Assembly (NCBI GenBank): GCA_050874685.1
Contig: JBNMLD010000002.1
Coordinates: 1 to 50,034 of the forward strand
Length of the DNA: 50,034 bases
Reading direction: 5' to 3'
Origin: Candidatus Onthoplasma sp.
Lineage (GTDB): Bacteria; Bacillota; Clostridia; Christensenellales; UBA1242
In this document: positions 49,009 through 50,034 of the stretch, in pieces
How positions within the stretch are numbered: position 1 is the stretch's first letter
Layout: every line of letters begins with the position of its first letter
Program-made: the position numbers and the translations under genes
Notes under the pieces: generated by a model
Databases searched by the model: none
What the model saw: only the letters and a program-made list of their open reading frames with translations
Told to the model about the DNA's origin: nothing

Positions 49009-50034
49009 CTAACTAACAATAAGTATGAATTCGCCTGCTGTGCCTGTTTCTGCAACTGTAACTGTATAAGATACACTGCCTTTGCTAATTGTCCAGCTTG
49101 TGCTGTCTTTACCAAATGCTCTCAAAGCTGCTTCGCTTGCACTGCTTGGCTTATCACTTGAACCGAATACTAATGTCCATTCGCCTGCGTACAATTGAAT
49201 TGTACCAACGCCACCTTTAACAATCTTGTCTGCAACTGATGTCATCGTTACATCTTTGCTTATCACTTCAATACCTAATGGTGTCTTTACAACAGGAACC
49301 ATAGATATTACATCAGCACTAACAACATAACTGTCGCTAGCTTCATCATAAATAATGTTGCTATCGCCTGATGTTGTGGTTGCTTTTGTTGTGCCATCGC
49401 TCAATGTATAAGTGATACCCATCAACGCATCTGTATCAGTGTTAAGATTTGTTTGGTCAATTCTTGCTGTCCAAGTTGCGCCTTCACGAATCACATATTG
49501 TGTATCAGATTCTTTCAAACCATCTTGTTTTTCGTATGTTACATCAATGAATGATACTGTCTTATCTCCACTTGTTGTTGTGGTTGGATTTAACGCTACT
49601 TTCAAAGCTGTAAAGTACTCAAGTTCAACTGTTGCACTAGCAGTAATTACAAATCTACCATTTGCAGAACTTGCATTCAATGTCTTAACTGGGGTTTGAG
49701 TCAACAAACTGTCATTGTTATACACGCATAACAACTCTTGTTTGTTGCCAGATAATGTGCTTGTTGTTGCACTTACCACTGCCAATACATAATTCTTGCC
49801 CACTACAACTTGTTTGGTTATTGTTGTTATTCCATTTTCTGTTGTTGTGGTTGCTCCGCTCATGTCAAATGTTGTTAACACATTCTTGTTATTCACTGCA
49901 TCTGCTTCATTTGCAAATTCAGCAAATGTATATTTCGCACTACTTGTACTTGGTTTGCTTACCTTTAAGGTTACTACAACTGTTTCCTCATAGTTCGCTG
50001 TGAATGTCAAGTTGCCTGTTGTGCCTTTTACTAC
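49009..50034 (-). CDS. C-terminal part of a Thr/Ser/Val-rich beta-rich protein (probable surface protein), open at the right window edge
   Basis: The frame stays open to base 50034, and the track's M at 50010 is a TTG codon. Composition is dominated by T/S/V/A/G with alternating beta-strand-like patterns. Confidence 0.6.
   Translation of the reverse strand, partial: VVKGTTGNLTFTANYEETVVVTLKVSKPSTSSAKYTFAEFANEADAVNNKNVLTTFDMSGATTTTENGITTITKQVVVGKNYVLAVVSATTSTLSGNKQELLCVYNNDSLLTQTPVKTLNASSANGRFVITASATVELEYFTALKVALNPTTTTSGDKTVSFIDVTYEKQDGLKESDTQYVIREGATWTARIDQTNLNTDTDALMGITYTLSDGTTKATTTSGDSNIIYDEASDSYVVSADVISMVPVVKTPLGIEVISKDVTMTSVADKIVKGGVGTIQLYAGEWTLVFGSSDKPSSASEAALRAFGKDSTSWTISKGSVSYTVTVAETGTAGEFILIVS

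Noticed and set aside
1-50034. CRISPR arrays, rRNA/tRNA genes, transposases
   Set aside because: No regularly spaced direct repeats with unique spacers, no cloverleaf-like tRNA sequences other than the tmRNA tRNA-like domain, and no transposase or integrase-like ORFs were seen.
1-50034. Mollicutes-type genetic code (TGA = Trp)
   Set aside because: All conserved genes (tuf, fusA, secY, rnr, r-proteins) are full length under the standard code with Trp encoded by TGG. At least two ORFs (19561..20091 and 22418..23671) end in TGA.

Overview
Low-GC (about 30-35%) chromosomal window that uses the standard code (TGA acts as a stop and conserved genes read through intact). Gene order is Bacillota/Mollicutes-like. 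Most genes are on the minus strand. The right half holds a complete S10-spc-alpha ribosomal superoperon (rpsJ to rplQ, 45821 to 30144), followed unusually by the str operon (rpsL-X-rpsG-fusA-tuf, 29379 to 24158). The left half holds housekeeping genes (mnmA, rpiB, pyk, pgk, gpmI, secG, trpS), a trans-translation cluster (rnr, smpB, tmRNA), membrane-stress-type genes (SPFH plus zinc-ribbon proteins, TM2, TVP38) and several unknowns. I saw no CRISPR array, rRNA, tRNA, transposase or integrase. The observations most worth follow-up are listed here. (1) A divergent ThyX-fold gene sits between rpsL and rpsG. (2) S12 carries a natural K88P replacement. (3) A strongly promoted 51-aa plus PIN-like two-gene cassette lies between ssrA and smpB. 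(4) A 9-codon leader ORF with two Trp codons plus a terminator lies upstream of trpS. (5) mnmA has a tail-to-tail inverted duplication at the window edge. (6) A two-gene unknown operon has paired TTGTACAA boxes around an internal promoter. All functional calls come from reading motifs by eye; no database search was run.
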